Source: Sphaerodactylus townsendi
Lineage: Eukaryota
Direction of reading: 5' to 3'
Assembly (NCBI RefSeq): GCF_021028975.2
Contig: NC_059425.1
Coordinates: forward strand, 55,862,001-55,926,000
DNA: 64,000 bases
Made by a program: the position numbers and the translations under genes. Of the stretch, positions 61,901-64,000 are shown piece by piece. The notes under the pieces are model-generated. The model ran no database searches. It was not told the origin of the DNA and saw nothing but the letters and a program-made list of their open reading frames with translations. Numbering within the stretch: position 1 is the stretch's first letter; every line of letters begins with the position of its first letter.

Positions 61901-64000
61901 TCCATGATGCCCAGACGACTGGCATTGCAGGGGTGTTCCAGAGGCATGGCTGGGGTGGAGCTGATGTTAGTTGGCTGCCACCCTGGCTTTGCCCCCCCAG
62001 GATGCCTGTGTTCATTGCTTGGACTTATACCACACTTTTGGGTGGCTTAAGCCCATTGAACCCAATGGAGGGCTTTTCGGCTGTGGTTCCCCCCCCCCCC
62101 CCCGTATGTTAAAGAAAGCTTGAGAATACTGTCCTCATAGTGCAATATGTGAGAAAATCTAGCCAGATTCTACAAGACAGTGGAATTTGCATCACATTCC
62201 CAGCCTGGATGCAAAATAATGAAAGATCCAGATCTCTGATGAAATAGTTAAACTTACAGTTCCATTTCTTCAAGGAGAGTTGACTTCTGCAGCCTGGAGA
62301 TCAATTGTAATTCCAGGAGATCTCCAGCCACTACATGGAAATTGGCAACCCTCATAGCAGAAAGAGAGGCTAGGCTGCTTTCTCGTTTACTAGATTTTTC
62401 ATAATTTCCCTGTCAGGGTTGAAACACACTTTGGCCTCTTCGCTGCAGAATGCATTAATTTGCACATTGAGTTCGCACTTGTTTCTTTTGTTAGATTTTT
62501 TCCCCATTAAAAATGGCAATTCTATTTTCAGCTATCAAACAAAAGCCACAGGTGACTGGTTGATGAGCACATGTAGTTTAATTCTACCTCACCTGCAGGC
62601 AGATGAATCTTCTGATTCATATCAGGGAGGGGTGAAATTGCAGATGCCTGGGTCACAGCTGAATACAACCCATGATAAAAAGATTTGACTTGTAATTACT
62701 GTGATGCATCTCCACAAAAAATCCTCATTAATATCTTTATGATCAGGAATGCGTAATTCAGTGTTGCTGACAAGGCAATTCATTCTGAGCAGGTAATTTA
62801 CATGCTGAATAATCCACTTTCAATGTACTCTGGCAATCATCTGCAAGTGATCGATGCTGTTTCATACAGTAAAACCCAGTTGCAAAGTGGATTGAAACTG
62901 CATTATTTAGTGTTTGTGAAGTCAAGCACACACACAAAAGACTCACATTGCTCTTCAGGCTTTTTACAAAATTGTATAGTAGTGGGTTCTTCATGGACCT
63001 CTTAAGGATTGGCTGTTCCAAAACGCTGTACAGACATCAGTAAAGGAATGTGATTAACAGTAAAGGGTGGATTAATTTAGAGAGATTTTGCAGGAAATCC
63101 AAATTGGCAGGCTGAATCTGTATTCTCAACCTGATGTATTCTCCACTTGATGAACCTGTATTCTCAACCTTATTTGGAAGTCTGAACTAATTGTAGAACT
63201 TAGTGGAGGAAACATTTTAAAAAGATGTTATATCTTTAGTAGTTGGGAGAAAAAAGTTAATGTTCTCAGGATTTGACAGCAACTACTCAGTAAGTAAGAA
63301 CAACGGCATGATAATAACTGATGGAAAGAAGCACACCTGCCCTATTTGAAACTTGCCTTACAGTCTGTAGGCGATCGCTCATCTGGCTACCTATGAAAGG
63401 GAAAGCTTTATTGAAGTTGACTCTTCCCTTTCTTTAAGCTACAAATGGCTACACGTGAGGTAGCCTAGTAAAAATGTGGGTAGGCTAGTAACTTTCTAGT
63501 CATGCAACATTACTTCTGCCCTTAGCTGGTGAAATATGAATGAAGCATATTTAGGGGACCCCCAAGGACTGATGGGGCATCATATTTCCCTTTCCACATT
63601 TTTTTCCTGTTTCCTTACCTATTCCACCCCCATAGTCTCTCCCTTTTCCTGTTCCATCTCTCCTTACTGCCTAATAGTCAAACTACGTTTATCTGTCCTA
63701 AGTTTATTTTTCAGTTTTATTTACTTCACTTATACCCTGCCTTTCTCCACAATAGGTTTCTAAAGCAGTTTATACCATTCCCCTCTCTTCCATTTTGTTC
63801 TCTAAAGAAGAACCTACGAGGTTGAGCAGGCTAAGGATGATCCAAACTGGTTCTGGCCACAAGTCCTCCCTCAAAGACCAAACAGTCCTGGCCAGGCTCC
63901 TGCCCTCTTCCCTTTGCCTTTTACTGACAGAAGCAAAGCTGGAAGATGGGCAGTTCAGCTATGATTGCCCTTGAGGGCATTTAATTTCTCAAGCGAGAGG

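Noticed and set aside
40600-64000. Exons of a further host gene such as PPP2R5A (the recalled downstream neighbour)
   Set aside because: No recognisable coding exon or promoter-type CpG island outside transposons.

Overview
Vertebrate genomic DNA, most likely a squamate and probably a gecko (inferred from the SINE, CR1, R4/Dong and Penelope repertoire). The window holds a head-to-head gene pair sharing a CpG-rich bidirectional promoter. INTS7 is on the minus strand (coding exons 1-5, 5083 down to 653; the gene runs off the left edge). DTL/CDT2 is complete on the plus strand (15 coding exons, 5552-40077, 2169 nt, 722 aa, all introns GT-AG, WD40 repeats plus a C-terminal PIP box). I recognise no host coding exons after about 40.6 kb. 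Introns and the downstream region are rich in mobile DNA: a near-full-length CR1 LINE, tandem R4/Dong 3' ends in a (TAA)n tract, Penelope-like fragments with hammerhead-ribozyme cores, four non-autonomous hAT-type elements with exact 8-bp TSDs, a Tc2-like MITE, a solo LTR, a TRIM-like two-LTR mini-element, a tandem pair of non-autonomous Helitrons and several SINEs. I found no clearly new protein-coding system. The best leads are: (i) an inverted Penelope/hammerhead structure whose spacer copies nearby intron sequence and begins with a perfect fold-back hairpin; (ii) a sequence module shared between hAT elements and a Helitron; (iii) the TRIM-like element; (iv) several short non-tandem local duplications; and (v) apparent loss of CDK sites next to the DTL PIP box. 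Family names come from recalled consensus motifs, not database searches.
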